Positions 22,295 through 34,028 of a stretch of DNA of 64,000 nt are shown here, in pieces. This stretch comes from Curvularia clavata (Eukaryota), in NCBI GenBank assembly GCA_023920165.1, contig CP089274.1, positions 5,208,001-5,272,000 of the forward strand, written 5' to 3'. The notes under the pieces are model-generated. The model was not told the DNA's origin. It worked only from the letters and a program-made list of their open reading frames with translations, and made no database searches. The stretch's first letter is position 1; each line of letters opens with the position of its first letter. Position numbers and translations under genes: made by a program.

Positions 22295-23099
22295 GATTGT
22301 GGCTGAAGGAGTCCACTGTCAATTGCATGAGGCATAGGTATTCTGGGGACAAGAAAGAAAAAGACATGGGATAGCTTAGCATGCTTCTGAAGTTGTTTCT
22401 AGGGGAAACGGGCTGAGCAGGACGAGTCATTGTTTCCAGGTGAACTTTGATTGTCATAGGGTTTTCCGGGGTTTCAGGACTTTTCCGTCATGGTTACTGT
22501 ATTTTCTTTCCTTCTTTGCTTTCACGAGTGGCGACAGAAAAAGGTCCAGAGATATTAGATACCTCACATCACTTAGCGAATTTCAACAACACTGCAATAT
22601 AATGAGGCTAATGAGTTCGATTCTGATCCCTACTCCGTCTGAATCTAACTAAAACTCCAACCAGCCTATTCTGCGCCTTTGCCATAACCCAAAGGCGCAA
22701 TCCACATAGACACACACAAGAAACTAGCGAAGAATTAAAACGATATTGTGTTACAATTTGTATTACAGACAAAGTGTTGTTGATGTTCTTGTTGTGGAAT
22801 AGAAAACCAATCAGGCAGTCTTGAGGGGTATACATATGTCTCTAATATCCAGCCTTTCGACAAAGTAAAAAAGAATGAGACTCATGGGGTAGAAAAAAAG
22901 GGTGTAAAAGCAAGCATTAGGTACATATGAGAGAGATGGCATTCTGTCTCTCTAAGCGCACACAAGCAGAGAAGCCCAAAAGAAAAACCAGTATACGTCA
23001 AGACAAAGGATGGAACGCTCCTACGAACAAGAGCAGAGATAAGGAAATTCACAAAGGAAAATGTGGGTTATTCAGTTTGAACTGTGTTTGGAAACGGGC

Positions 23100-26000
23100 T
23101 TATTCCCGTAGATCCCTTCCAAAGTTGAGCGCCAGGGGCGTCAATTGTCCATCTTCAATGGCACTCTCATCTTCATAGAAGCCGCTCTCGCTCCATGGCT
23201 CAAGGTCTGCATCCTGGTCATATGCCTGCTTCCTCATGAGAGGTGGTGTGCGAGGCTGCTTTCCAAGAACTGGGAAGCCGATTTCAGTCGAGGCGTGCGA
23301 GCTGATAGAGTTCGAACGCTCGGCTTGTGGGCGTTGAGAACTGGATGGAACATCGGGCGTGCGGCGCATGTTGGAGGTTGGTGGTGTCATAAGACCAGAG
23401 AGGAAGGATTGCGCGGAGTGAGACTGGGGACGGGATGGCGTCTGGTTGCGAGGTGCGTTTGCTGGCTTTCCAGCAAGGGCAGACGTAGCTTCTCCTCGGC
23501 CTTTGCGCCAGTTGCCAATAGCAGCAGCAAGCTGAACTGCTTTGGGTGATGCAAAGTTGGACAGCGTGCTGAGTGTCGGGAAGGATTGTTGTCCGCCGGA
23601 AATGAGGCGCTCCTTCTCCGACTGCTCCATCTGCAAGTTGGTGCGGATGCGAATAGCGGCATCACGAACAGTCTCGCGATCAAACGTTGGCTGAGCCAAG
23701 GCAGTAATGAGATCGTTCAGGTCGTCGACACGTACACCGAGCAATTCACGCAGCCAGTTGATCTCAGTTTCACGTTCCTTGAGCTTAGCTGGCGCCTCAG
23801 TATCAATCTCTTCGAGTTGCTGCTCGAGCGACTCGATGCGTCCCTCACGCTCCTGTAGTTGCTCTTGTAGAACAGCAATGGACTCGCGCAGTGCTTGAGT
23901 CGAGATCTTTTCGGAGCTGTTCAGAGCGAAGGACGTAGTAGAAGTTGGTGACTTGGAAGCTGCAGCAACTGCAGCGTTGGCGGCTTCCTTTGCGACCTGT
24001 AGCTTCTCTTCCAGCAGCGCGATCTTGTCCTTGAAATGGTCGAGCTTGGAGTCTGCCAAAGCAAGCTTGTCGTTGTGGAAGGCCTCGGCACGCTCCTTGT
24101 CTTCACGGATGAATTCAAGAGCACGTGCATGCTCTTGCTTGACGTGCTCGAGTTGACGCTCAAATACACGCTGCTGCTCCTGCAGACTGTGCCTCTGGTT
24201 TTCAATTGCTTGCTGAACCGCCTGCTTCCTTGCGTCAGATGCTGCCTCTAGGTCAAGCTCATGCTTCTCTTTGGCAGTGTCGGCGTCGAGGCGAACCTGA
24301 TCCAATTCGGCGCGAACACGGTTGATCTCGCTCTCAAGCTCATGGCGAACAATGTTGACTTGGTTGTTGGCGGCGTCGAGGTCAGCCTCCATGAGCACGC
24401 GGGTGCGGCGGATCTCAACGTGCGCAGCGTCCCTCGCTTCACGCATATCGCGCTCGTAGCGCTCAGCGTTCCTCTGGTGCTCCATAGCCTCTTTCCTAAG
24501 CTGCTGAACAGCCTCCTCGAGCCTAGCGTTATGCTTCTGCGTCTGTTCGAGGTGGATCCTGAGTTTCATGCCCTCACGCTCCTGAGTCTCCAGGCGTTCG
24601 AGTTCTCTCTCCAGGCGCTCACGTGTGCGACCCTCAGCCTCAATACGCGCGCTGAGAACTTCATATTTGGTTGCCGACTCTTCCTCCTTCTTCTGCCATT
24701 GAGCGCGTTCGGCTGCAACCTGCTGGGAGGCCGCAACCATATCTTGCTGGAGCTTCTCAAACTTGGCACGCATCGATTCCCGGACACGAATGGCCTCCTC
24801 GGCTTGGAAACGTGACTCTCCGATAGCCTTGCGCAGCTGCTCTGCCTCCTCGTGAGCTTGCTGAAGGTCGCCACGCCATTTGTTGGCCGAGATGCGGTGC
24901 TCTTCCAACGTGAAGGTCAGAGCCTCATTTTCAGCAGTAACAGAATCCAGCTTCTTCTTGAGATCCTCCTCAGAACTTTCCAAAGCGATGTTTGAAAGCT
25001 TGAGCCGTTCATTTTCGCTGTCGAGTGTAGACAGTCTGTCGCGGAATACATCTTCGTTGCTCTTGAGAGTCTCGAGGCTATGACGAAGATCATCGCGCTC
25101 TTCCGTCAGACTGTGAATCTTCCTCTCGTCATCACGAGCAGCCTGCTGGAGAAGCGTAAGCTCTTCTTCAGTAACCTTGAGAAGGCGAGCAGAGTCGACT
25201 TCACGGGCTTCAAGGGCCTTGCGTGCTTCAGCCTCGGTGTCAAAGCGCAGAGTAGCTTCCTTGAGCATTGCCTCAAGGTCGGCAATCCGTGCATCCCTCT
25301 CCTGAACGGCTTGAGACTCCTCCCGCTTGGCAACCTCCATGTTCTGGCGCTTGAAGGCATCGTCGATAAGCTCGCGAACGTCCTCAGCCTGAAGGTGATG
25401 ACTCGTAGTCTGTGCGATAGAAGCTTTGAGACTACCGATGATCTGGTACAGCTCGGACATGTCAAGAGATGGCTGTGGAATATCGACAGGCGCCTCCAAA
25501 GTAGCCATGGGTTTCTGAGATGCTAGTGCTTCGGCGACGATGGAGCGGATCATGTCCGGCTGAACAGGATCCGCAGTTGGCGCCGGCGGAGGTGGGGTGT
25601 GCGAAGAAGCAATTGCTTCTGCGACAATAGCCTTGAGGTCATCAGGCCAGATCTGCTCAGGAACTGGTGCTGGCAATGGCTGGGGCGCGTGCGTCTCGAA
25701 CGCCTCCATAACAATCGATCTGATGTCATCAGTCTTTACGGGCTGAGCATGAGACGCGAGCATATCAGCAAGAATGGATCGCACGTCTTCGGCCTTGAGA
25801 GACTCAGTGGTGTGCTCGGGTACTGATTTGCTGGAAGCAATAGCATCTTGAACAATTTCGCGAATCTGATCGACCGGAATAGGCTCAACGTGTTGGACGG
25901 GTGGCTGGTGCTGCGTAATGACATCAGTGACAATGTCACGGATCTTCTCTGGAATGATTGGTTCTGGTACTGGTACCGGCACCGGCAGCGACGTGATCTG

Positions 26001-29000
26001 TGACTGGTGAACCTCAAGCGCGTCCATGACAATGGACCTGATCTTCTCCAGCTTCTTGTCCTTGCCTCGAGATCTGTTGCGATAGTCTGCCTCGGTACCG
26101 ACCTCGTCGTCCTCATCATCTGCGTCGCTGTCAAGACGTTCATTCGTGGACATGCTACGTCGGCCGCGTCGTGAACGCTGCGACATAGTCACCAGCGCTT
26201 GCTGAATACCTTGCAGGTTTTGCTCCAGCGGGCTCAGACGGTCTTGCAGAAGACGGCCCATAAGCTCATCGACATGTTTGTCGAAGAAGCCACTGCGCAT
26301 CTGGACCTTGTTTTCGTCCTCGCTGAGAAGGCCATCGTCCCAGTCGCTCAGGTGTCCATCGTCAACGTTGATCACATCACGCACAGGAGACTGGTAAGGA
26401 ATTGCAGCCCTCTCGCTGTCAAACGGATCCTGCACCGAAGTTGCGGAGCCAGGAATGTTGACGCCACGACCAGGGAAGAATCCTCGGCGAGGGCTGGGGC
26501 TAGGAGCATCACTGCGCATCTTGAAGTTTGGTTGCAAGTCGTTGCGCTCAAACACATGCGGCGTCCTCTGAGGAGAGGACTGGTCCCAAGACGTCTCGTC
26601 ACGTTCAACACCAAAGTCTGAGCCCTCTCCGTCCATGTGCTTCATGACTGCATCAATGTCGTTGAACGAAGCATCACCGATGTTATCGAAATCAACACTC
26701 TCGCTCTCGGGGTAACGTGTTTGTCTACCAGACTCCATGGCCGTCTTGAATGAACCGTCGTCACTGGGTCGGTAAGTCGTTGCTGGGCTCCTGCTAGCAA
26801 TTCTTGGAGGCGACAGCTGAGCCTTCTCAGGATCTTCAACTTGAGATGGCTTCGTAACGTGGAAGCCGAAATCGTAGCCAGCATGAAGCTGTGGCTTGAA
26901 CTCGAACGGTTTGGCGGTGGCGGAGAGACTGCTCTTGTGGCCGTGTTTCTTGGTCGTTGGCTCGGGATCCTCAGTGGTTGGCGTGGGTATATCACTGACA
27001 TGAGGCGTATCATCCTCCGCGCCTTCTTCGCTTCCGGGAGCAGGGGAGATAGGCTCAAACGGCCTTGTGTCCTGTTGCTGTGGCAATGGTGAGGGACTCT
27101 TTGATTTGGTCTTGGTCCGTTTGCCATCTGGCGAACGGTTCTCCTTGTCCTTGGCAAAGTCTTTCTCTGCAATCTTAGATTCAACCACAACAGCGTTGGG
27201 CTCCTTGACTTCAGCCAGAGGCTGCGACGGCAGAATGGGCTGGAGCGCAAACTTGGGCACATCATCACCATCAGGACGGTTGCGTCGTACACGCTTCTCA
27301 CGACCATCAGGTTGAATGGGCCGGCCAGACTCGTCCTCGCGGTCTTCCTGCTCTTTGGGCGTTTGCTGACGTGTGTTATCAGGTCGTACAATGGGGACAG
27401 CCTTGGAGCGCGTAGCCGGCTTGATGATGTCATTGGCAGAGATATTAACATCTCCAAAGATCTTTGAAGAGAAGCTCGTTGGAGCAGGGGCAGGCTTGTT
27501 GATATTGAACGTCGACACTCCAGGACTGAAGACAGGCGCATCGGGCTTGAACGCGGGTGCATCTGGCTTGAAAGCAGGAGCCGAGACATTGAAGCTTGAT
27601 GGCCCGTCGATGCTGCTCTTGTTAGTCTGGTGAGCGGCTTGTTCTGTAGCGGGCTTGACAGCAGGTGCAAAGCTGAAGCCAGATGAGAATGATCCAGGAC
27701 TGAAGGATGCTGTAGGGTTGAACTTGAACTCCTTGGCTTCGACATTGAGCTTCGAAATGGACGAGCGCGAAGCATGTTTGCTATGCGCAGCTGGCGCAGG
27801 GTTGCTAAAGGCAAATTTGTTGTCTTTCCAGGAACTGCTGACTTGCGAGGGCGCCTTGGTATGCTGTACAGCGCCCTGGGTGGCGTTGTGAACCTCTCCG
27901 TCTTCCAAACTGGGGTTGGTGTTCTCGGAGAGATTCGTGCGCGCACCGTCACGGTCAGAAGCTGGGGTCTGTTGCGCTGGGAACGAGAACGATACGGGGT
28001 TCTGTGACTGCGCAAGGGAGTGAGTCCTGCTGTGTGGTTGAGGCTGATGAAGGATCGGTCGAGAATCCTCCCACTTGGGCTTAGCCACGGCATGTGCAGG
28101 CTTGAATGGCATGTTGGTCTCTGGCTCCGTACTGAAATCTCCGCCTTCAGCAAACTGCTTGTCAATAGCCTGCTCCAGATGATACTCCTCGTTAGCAGCC
28201 TCACGTTCGAGGTTCTCGCTGATATTATGGCGATGACCACGAGGAGTTGGTACCGCGATTTCTGTCTGGGTTTGAGTGGCATGCTTCATGGCTGGTACTT
28301 CATCTTCCTCGTCCTCGTCCTCAGGTACTTCAGCAAGCGTAGAAGAGGGCCGCATACCAATGGCTTGCTGCTGCTGTTGCTGGAGAAGCTGAGCCTGAAG
28401 CTGCTGCTGCTGCAACTGCATGTGTAGCTGGAGATCATTCCTTTGTGTTGGCGTGATAGGCATCTGCTGACCCATGCCGAATGGCGAACGGGGCGAGATG
28501 AGTTCGGCAAGGTCAGGACGGCTGAGAGCAAGAGCAGGCGATGCGGTGCGACCATCTTGAGGATTGAAGTAACCACTCGGTGACCATGTTCCAGAAGGCG
28601 AGTAGCCGTGCTGAGCAAAGTTTGCCGGTGATCCAAAAGTCGAATGGCGATGCATGTGCATACTTGTGCGCGGGTTTGCAAAAGCTGCAGGAGAAGCAAT
28701 CGACTGTCGAGACATGTGGCCTGGAGATGGTCCATATGGGAAGCCAATCGAGGCGATGCTACCCGGTCTGGCCATGCGGATGCTACCAGCAGACGAGGTA
28801 GGCAGAGGTGGAGAGAAAACCGTTCCTGGATGCTGCTGCGAAGATGTCTGGCGTGAGAGAGGTAGAGCAATGTCCTCTTCGCCACCTAGGCTAACACCAA
28901 GTGCGGCAAGCTTTGCCTCGAGCAAAGAGTTCTGGTAATCTTTCCATTCCGACTCCTTTGACACACGGACTCTGAACTTCGAACCGGAATTGGTACGTTC

Positions 29001-30317
29001 TGCTTGCATATCAGCCTCTGCTGGCCAGATGGCTTTGTTATGTGTCTCTTGGCCTCCAGTGCTGAAGCCACGAATATCATAACCTTGCTGCTCGAGTTTC
29101 CTGAGCTTTTCGTTGACAGCTTCTTGGCTCATTGGCTTGGGGGGATACCCAGGATTACCCCTAGGGATATCTCGCGGTATGGAGATGATACAACCCTTGC
29201 CTTTGACCATGACCTTTTTACGCATTCTCGGATGTGCAGGTGCAGCGCTTGGGGGAGCAAGGAAGGAGCTTGCTTGGGGATTAGGTCTGCTCATCGATGA
29301 CACTTGACTTGACGGCTTTGCAGCATCGCCATTTCCGGACTTTGTTGGGGTCTCGTTGGCTGGTTTTGTTGCCTTTGAAGGAGTCGGGATTGGTGTCTTC
29401 TCAGAGGACGCGCTGTTGCCATTTGTCTGGGGTGGGCCTGAACCAGAGGTTTGTCTTTGGGGAACCGCCGGCTCGGCGTCCGCGTACTTTGAGGCCATCA
29501 TCTTACCCAGTGCTTCCTTCTGGTCCTTACTAAAGTGACGCCAGAAGTCCTGCTGGTTTAGCGTCTTATTGGTATTTCTGTCTCTGTGTCCTCGCTTCGG
29601 TGGGGCAGCAAGGGACACTTCTTGATCTTCTGCAGATCCTTCAGTGTCACTGTCGTTGCTCCGCCAATCGTTTGTCTCGCGATTCCAACGCTGCTCAAGG
29701 AATCGTTGAACCCACTCTGCGGATGTGGGGTTTGGGTCGGACGGTCGTGGGGTGCTGCCAGAAGCCCGTTCTTCTCTTGACAGAAAATCTAGATTGGGCA
29801 ACCGAGATCGAATTAAGTGTTCAAGCGTAAAGCGGTTAGGCGATACGTTGCGGTCTAAAGAAGGAATAAGATGCTCGAGATTGAAGCGATTCGGCGAGTC
29901 TGCTTCAAGATCTAGTCGCGAGGGAAGCAAATGTCCAAGTCCAAACTGGAGACCAGATGGCTCCTCGTCAAAGTCGTCACTGTCGAGATTGGTCGAGACT
30001 TGGCGGCCAAGGTTAAAGGATGGAGGGGGGTGTCGGTACGGACTGCCCCAGCTTGCCGTATAGTACGAGGTATCGGTTCGCTCGCGCCTCGCAGCAGTAG
30101 AGGGCGTGCGCGGTTGGTTTCCAAGTACGGAGAAGGAGGGAAGTAGAGGCAGCTCTGGGCTTGAATGCCCCAGCGTACGAGACGGGGATGGGGCAGTCCA
30201 AGTCGGCGAGACTACTTCGCGCTCCTCCGATGGCGACGTTGCTTCGCCAAGATACTGAGGAGCAGGTGGAGGAGATGAGGGCGGCAGCGAGGGGGAGTTG
30301 GACCGTCTAGCTTGCAT
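23100..30317 (-). CDS. Large protein (2405 aa): disordered N-terminal half with PAM2-like motifs, C-terminal myosin-tail-like coiled coil
   Basis: 7.2-kb uninterrupted ORF; long E/K/R/L/A heptad region; no motor domain seen. Confidence 0.85.
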   Translation of the reverse strand: MQARRSNSPSLPPSSPPPAPQYLGEATSPSEEREVVSPTWTAPSPSRTLGHSSPELPLLPSFSVLGNQPRTPSTAARRERTDTSYYTASWGSPYRHPPPSFNLGRQVSTNLDSDDFDEEPSGLQFGLGHLLPSRLDLEADSPNRFNLEHLIPSLDRNVSPNRFTLEHLIRSRLPNLDFLSREERASGSTPRPSDPNPTSAEWVQRFLEQRWNRETNDWRSNDSDTEGSAEDQEVSLAAPPKRGHRDRNTNKTLNQQDFWRHFSKDQKEALGKMMASKYADAEPAVPQRQTSGSGPPQTNGNSASSEKTPIPTPSKATKPANETPTKSGNGDAAKPSSQVSSMSRPNPQASSFLAPPSAAPAHPRMRKKVMVKGKGCIISIPRDIPRGNPGYPPKPMSQEAVNEKLRKLEQQGYDIRGFSTGGQETHNKAIWPAEADMQAERTNSGSKFRVRVSKESEWKDYQNSLLEAKLAALGVSLGGEEDIALPLSRQTSSQQHPGTVFSPPLPTSSAGSIRMARPGSIASIGFPYGPSPGHMSRQSIASPAAFANPRTSMHMHRHSTFGSPANFAQHGYSPSGTWSPSGYFNPQDGRTASPALALSRPDLAELISPRSPFGMGQQMPITPTQRNDLQLHMQLQQQQLQAQLLQQQQQQAIGMRPSSTLAEVPEDEDEEDEVPAMKHATQTQTEIAVPTPRGHRHNISENLEREAANEEYHLEQAIDKQFAEGGDFSTEPETNMPFKPAHAVAKPKWEDSRPILHQPQPHSRTHSLAQSQNPVSFSFPAQQTPASDRDGARTNLSENTNPSLEDGEVHNATQGAVQHTKAPSQVSSSWKDNKFAFSNPAPAAHSKHASRSSISKLNVEAKEFKFNPTASFSPGSFSSGFSFAPAVKPATEQAAHQTNKSSIDGPSSFNVSAPAFKPDAPAFKPDAPVFSPGVSTFNINKPAPAPTSFSSKIFGDVNISANDIIKPATRSKAVPIVRPDNTRQQTPKEQEDREDESGRPIQPDGREKRVRRNRPDGDDVPKFALQPILPSQPLAEVKEPNAVVVESKIAEKDFAKDKENRSPDGKRTKTKSKSPSPLPQQQDTRPFEPISPAPGSEEGAEDDTPHVSDIPTPTTEDPEPTTKKHGHKSSLSATAKPFEFKPQLHAGYDFGFHVTKPSQVEDPEKAQLSPPRIASRSPATTYRPSDDGSFKTAMESGRQTRYPESESVDFDNIGDASFNDIDAVMKHMDGEGSDFGVERDETSWDQSSPQRTPHVFERNDLQPNFKMRSDAPSPSPRRGFFPGRGVNIPGSATSVQDPFDSERAAIPYQSPVRDVINVDDGHLSDWDDGLLSEDENKVQMRSGFFDKHVDELMGRLLQDRLSPLEQNLQGIQQALVTMSQRSRRGRRSMSTNERLDSDADDEDDEVGTEADYRNRSRGKDKKLEKIRSIVMDALEVHQSQITSLPVPVPVPEPIIPEKIRDIVTDVITQHQPPVQHVEPIPVDQIREIVQDAIASSKSVPEHTTESLKAEDVRSILADMLASHAQPVKTDDIRSIVMEAFETHAPQPLPAPVPEQIWPDDLKAIVAEAIASSHTPPPPAPTADPVQPDMIRSIVAEALASQKPMATLEAPVDIPQPSLDMSELYQIIGSLKASIAQTTSHHLQAEDVRELIDDAFKRQNMEVAKREESQAVQERDARIADLEAMLKEATLRFDTEAEARKALEAREVDSARLLKVTEEELTLLQQAARDDERKIHSLTEERDDLRHSLETLKSNEDVFRDRLSTLDSENERLKLSNIALESSEEDLKKKLDSVTAENEALTFTLEEHRISANKWRGDLQQAHEEAEQLRKAIGESRFQAEEAIRVRESMRAKFEKLQQDMVAASQQVAAERAQWQKKEEESATKYEVLSARIEAEGRTRERLERELERLETQEREGMKLRIHLEQTQKHNARLEEAVQQLRKEAMEHQRNAERYERDMREARDAAHVEIRRTRVLMEADLDAANNQVNIVRHELESEINRVRAELDQVRLDADTAKEKHELDLEAASDARKQAVQQAIENQRHSLQEQQRVFERQLEHVKQEHARALEFIREDKERAEAFHNDKLALADSKLDHFKDKIALLEEKLQVAKEAANAAVAAASKSPTSTTSFALNSSEKISTQALRESIAVLQEQLQEREGRIESLEQQLEEIDTEAPAKLKERETEINWLRELLGVRVDDLNDLITALAQPTFDRETVRDAAIRIRTNLQMEQSEKERLISGGQQSFPTLSTLSNFASPKAVQLAAAIGNWRKGRGEATSALAGKPANAPRNQTPSRPQSHSAQSFLSGLMTPPTSNMRRTPDVPSSSQRPQAERSNSISSHASTEIGFPVLGKQPRTPPLMRKQAYDQDADLEPWSESGFYEDESAIEDGQLTPLALNFGRDLRE

Positions 30318-31749
30318 TCACGGATGTCTCCCCTAACGTTTTGCCGTAGGCAGCCTGTCTGAGCTGCTACACTTGTCTTTTTTCTTCTTCTTTCTCTTTT
30401 CCTCCCTTGTCTGAGATGCCAAAACGCGTCAAACGAGCGGGCCTAGATGGTCGATGGGGCAGTCGATTGCCCGGAGCGAGGGAACGCGTACCGGGGAGGG
30501 TCTCGAGCGCAGGAGGGGCGTAGGTGGAGGCAGTATGATTAGGTATACGGACAGGAACTAGGAAAGGGATACTGGGCAAAGCAGCTAAAAGAGTGACATG
30601 AGGTGGGATAGCACAAATCTGGAGACTACTGGACGCTGGAGCATACCGAGCAGCAGGCAGACGACGAAGCGAGGAGAAATGGCAGTCAAAGGCGTGCCAG
30701 TGTCGTCGACGACAAATTGTGGACACGGACAAGAACAGGAGAGCAACGAGACTAAGGTCGGGCATTGCTTAGCGGCATGACTGCCAGTTGGCACAGTCCC
30801 GCGTCAGGGGGCCAATGGGCGCCATTTGATGCACACGCCCAGACCGCATTGAAGCCTCGCACGCGCAATTCTATATATTGCGCCCGGTAATTACAAGCCC
30901 TGCTCGAGGCGGATACGTGCGCCGTTCGCCTCTCTCCACCTAGCTGTCCTCTGCTGTGCTCTCCCTCGACACCATCACCACCACCATTTTCACGTGCACC
31001 CCAACGGCTTTGTGGCAGCAGAGAATATGCTACGACGCGTCTTGAGGTCATCCCGAGCCGGCTATGCCAATTAGACGTGTCCGGTTAGCAGGGGACATTT
31101 AAAATTCCAGCCAATCACGTGCGCGCACGACTGAATTGCTGTGCGTCAGCGCACGTCAAGAAGAGCGACCGACTGGACGACAAGCTCCCAACCTACGACC
31201 CCGCATTGCCATCCGACATTTTCCTGCTTCCAGTCGCCTCATTTTTTCTCAACATGACCAGGCAGATATGGATTTTCTGTGCTCGTGACTTTGGACTTCT
31301 CTCCAGACATGTCCAGCATGATTTAATAAAGTCCAAATAGGGGACTCCGCTAGTGGTCAGATGCGGCGGGAACTAGAGCTGCCAGACAAGGGTACCTGGG
31401 CATTGGCTGGCATTGCTCCCAAAGAGAAAGACTGGTGTTCCCAATGTTTGCTTCTTGCAGCAGAGACGGCTGGATTGGTTGCAAGTGAGGGGATGGCTTC
31501 GTCTCATGTAGCTGAGCGCTGCACCCCTCAGCCATGTTTAGAACACGCTCAAACATAGACAAAAACAACTTTTTGTCCACATCGGCATGTCACGTGGGAG
31601 TATCCAATCTACAATTTACCATGCGTATCTGACCATTAATAACATACACTGACTTTCTCCCCAACAAATGGCCTGTACACTCTATCGAAGGAATTTTCAG
31701 TCCGTAGTCTAGAAGAAAGAAATAAAGACGTTCTATACACCAAGCTGTC

Positions 31750-33287
31750 CTATACTTTCCGTATCATGAACATCCTCTTCACGAAAGGGCTCTTCCCCTC
31801 CACCGTTTCAGCACCAGCCGCAGGCCCTTCGCCATTCTTCCAAGCCATAGCCGCCATCTCCTCGTCCTCGCCAATCTTCCAGGCTCGAACCAACCACAGG
31901 AAGATGGCCGCACCAACATACATCCACCCCGTGAACAAAATAGCCCCCGTGTACGATCCACCGTTGAAAGCTACGATTTCCAATCCAATAGCCTCAGAGA
32001 CTATTCATCTTTGTCAGTTAAGTTCAAACAAGTACGAGAAGTACGAAGACACTTACAAGTCGTAGGCAACACCAGCACCAACCATGTAATACTCAACGCA
32101 CTCGGCAGATCCTTCAATCCCATCACCTCCGTCGTGACGGGCGCAGCCGTAGCCCAGAACGTCCCCGCTACCATTCCCCCAACCAGACCAAAGAAAACCA
32201 GCACCCCAAAGCTCTTTGCAAAGATCCAAACCACCAGACAAAGTAAGCCGGCCAGAAAAGTCATACTACTCGCCATATTAAGCCTACCTATCGAATCCGA
32301 AAAGTATCCTATCGGCGGTCTTCCAATCGCCTGACCCAGATTAAAAATCGCTCCAATAACGCTGCCCTGCTGCGCCGACAGCCCAACGGTCCTTGCATAA
32401 TTCGGCAGCGAAAAAAGCAGTACCACATATCCCAGCATGGACAAAAACCCAAACACCAACAAGCCCAGAAAATGTAATTTCCTAAAGAGCCGATAGTCAA
32501 ACCCCAACTGGTTACTTCCAATCTGCTTGTTGCGATCGCGAATCAGCAGAGCGCACACACTATTCACCACAAAGGCAATGACAGCCAGCGTGCGAAAAGC
32601 CCAGGGGAGCCCAATGCTTCGAATCATAGCCTGAGCAGCGAGAGAGTAGACGAGGCCGCCGAGCCCAGAACCCGCAGCCGAACAACCATTTGCCAGTGAC
32701 CGACGCGTACTAAACCATTGAGCGGCGATGCCGACGGAGCCTACGAAGAGGAAACCCATGCCCCAACCGAAACAGATGCCCTGGCTGAGGAATAAATGCC
32801 AGATCTGCGACGCGAAGCTCGCGCCGATGAAGGAAATCACTTCCAGTGCGACACCAATGAAGAGCGTAGTGCGCGTCCCGAAGCGTCGTGTTGTTAGTGT
32901 TGCGATTGGCGAGACGATGAGGGCTTGGGATATTGAGAGTCCGCCGATGAAGGCGTACTGGAGAGGTGTGGCCGAGGGGAAGACGTCGTTGGCGAGGTAG
33001 TATGCAAGGAAGACGCCATAGGCGGAGTTGAGACCCCAGGTGTGGCCATTGATGGTGGCGATGGCGGCGACGCAGACCCAGCCGTAGCCGCCGTTGGGAG
33101 GGACGTCTTGTTCCTGGAGTTTGGCGTCGAGTCTTTGCTCTGGGTGTTTCTCTTGGACTGCTTTTCCCCCTAGGACGCTGTTCTCGCCATTGTTGTCTTG
33201 TTGCGAACGTTCTGTTTTCTCCTCCATCTCAATTCCCAATTCACCCCCTCCTCTTTCATTTTCCTCTCCTTCTTCAGTCTTCGTCAT
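31750..33287 (-). CDS. MFS transporter, monocarboxylate porter (Mch-like) family; exons 33287-32057, 32000-31750
   Basis: PPNGGYGWVCV, QWFSTRRSLANG, GYFSDSIGRLN; about 12 hydrophobic helices; GTAAGT..TAG intron. Confidence 0.9.
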
Positions 33288-34028
33288 TCTCTCTCTTTCT
33301 CTTTTCCTTCTACTTTGCTAGAGTGTTTCCCTCGGCTCCCGGAAATAAGCCTTTTGTCCCCTCAGAAAGCTTAAAAAAATAATCCACCACTTCTTTTCCT
33401 TAAAGTAATTTGTACCTCGGGTCCTCCTCTTGAGAAGCCTAACAGTTTCCTTTCTTTAACCAAAACAGTGTCCAAACTACCCTTGTTCTTTTGACGTGTT
33501 TACTCAAAAAGCCAGGAAGAGGGAAGAACCAACATCCCCCCTTTCTGTGAATGAAAAGAGTAGAAAACAGTCAAACGGACAGACGGACGAAGATAAACAG
33601 ACAAGAGAGTATGTATGTGTCATAGCTATGTATTAAGCGCGCCTCCTTCCTATGTATCGGATGCAAGCACCAAAAAAAAAGTGGAGATGGGAGAGGGGCG
33701 CGACCGACCGAACATCGGGTTGACCGTTCTCAATACCCGGGAATAAGGCAGCCCAGCCCTGTATACGGTATTCTGCCCCGTTGGAACAACGCCTCTAACG
33801 CCTACGAAATCGTATTCCGTTAGAAAGCCTTGGTGTAAAATTGGCGCGTATGTAATCATGACAGTCATGATGCAGCTGTAGAGGCTGGGTTGAGGATATA
33901 ATTTCAATGTATTCGGGTTTTCTGTTTATAAACAACATAGGAGAGAGCGTGAGAACGCTATTTCATCAATCTAAGCCAAAGAGGTATATCATCATCATTC
34001 GTCGGGTGCCTTCTTCCCAGCACAATGT

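Noticed and set aside
26642..28282. 546-aa alternative-frame ORF inside the giant gene, and similar shadow ORFs (38524-39276, 34623-35246, 59645-60256)
   Set aside because: Ser/Arg/Leu-rich, motif-free by-products of codon bias in the real frame
23100..30317. Calling the 2405-aa protein a myosin heavy chain
   Set aside because: No P-loop or motor domain; only generic coiled coil
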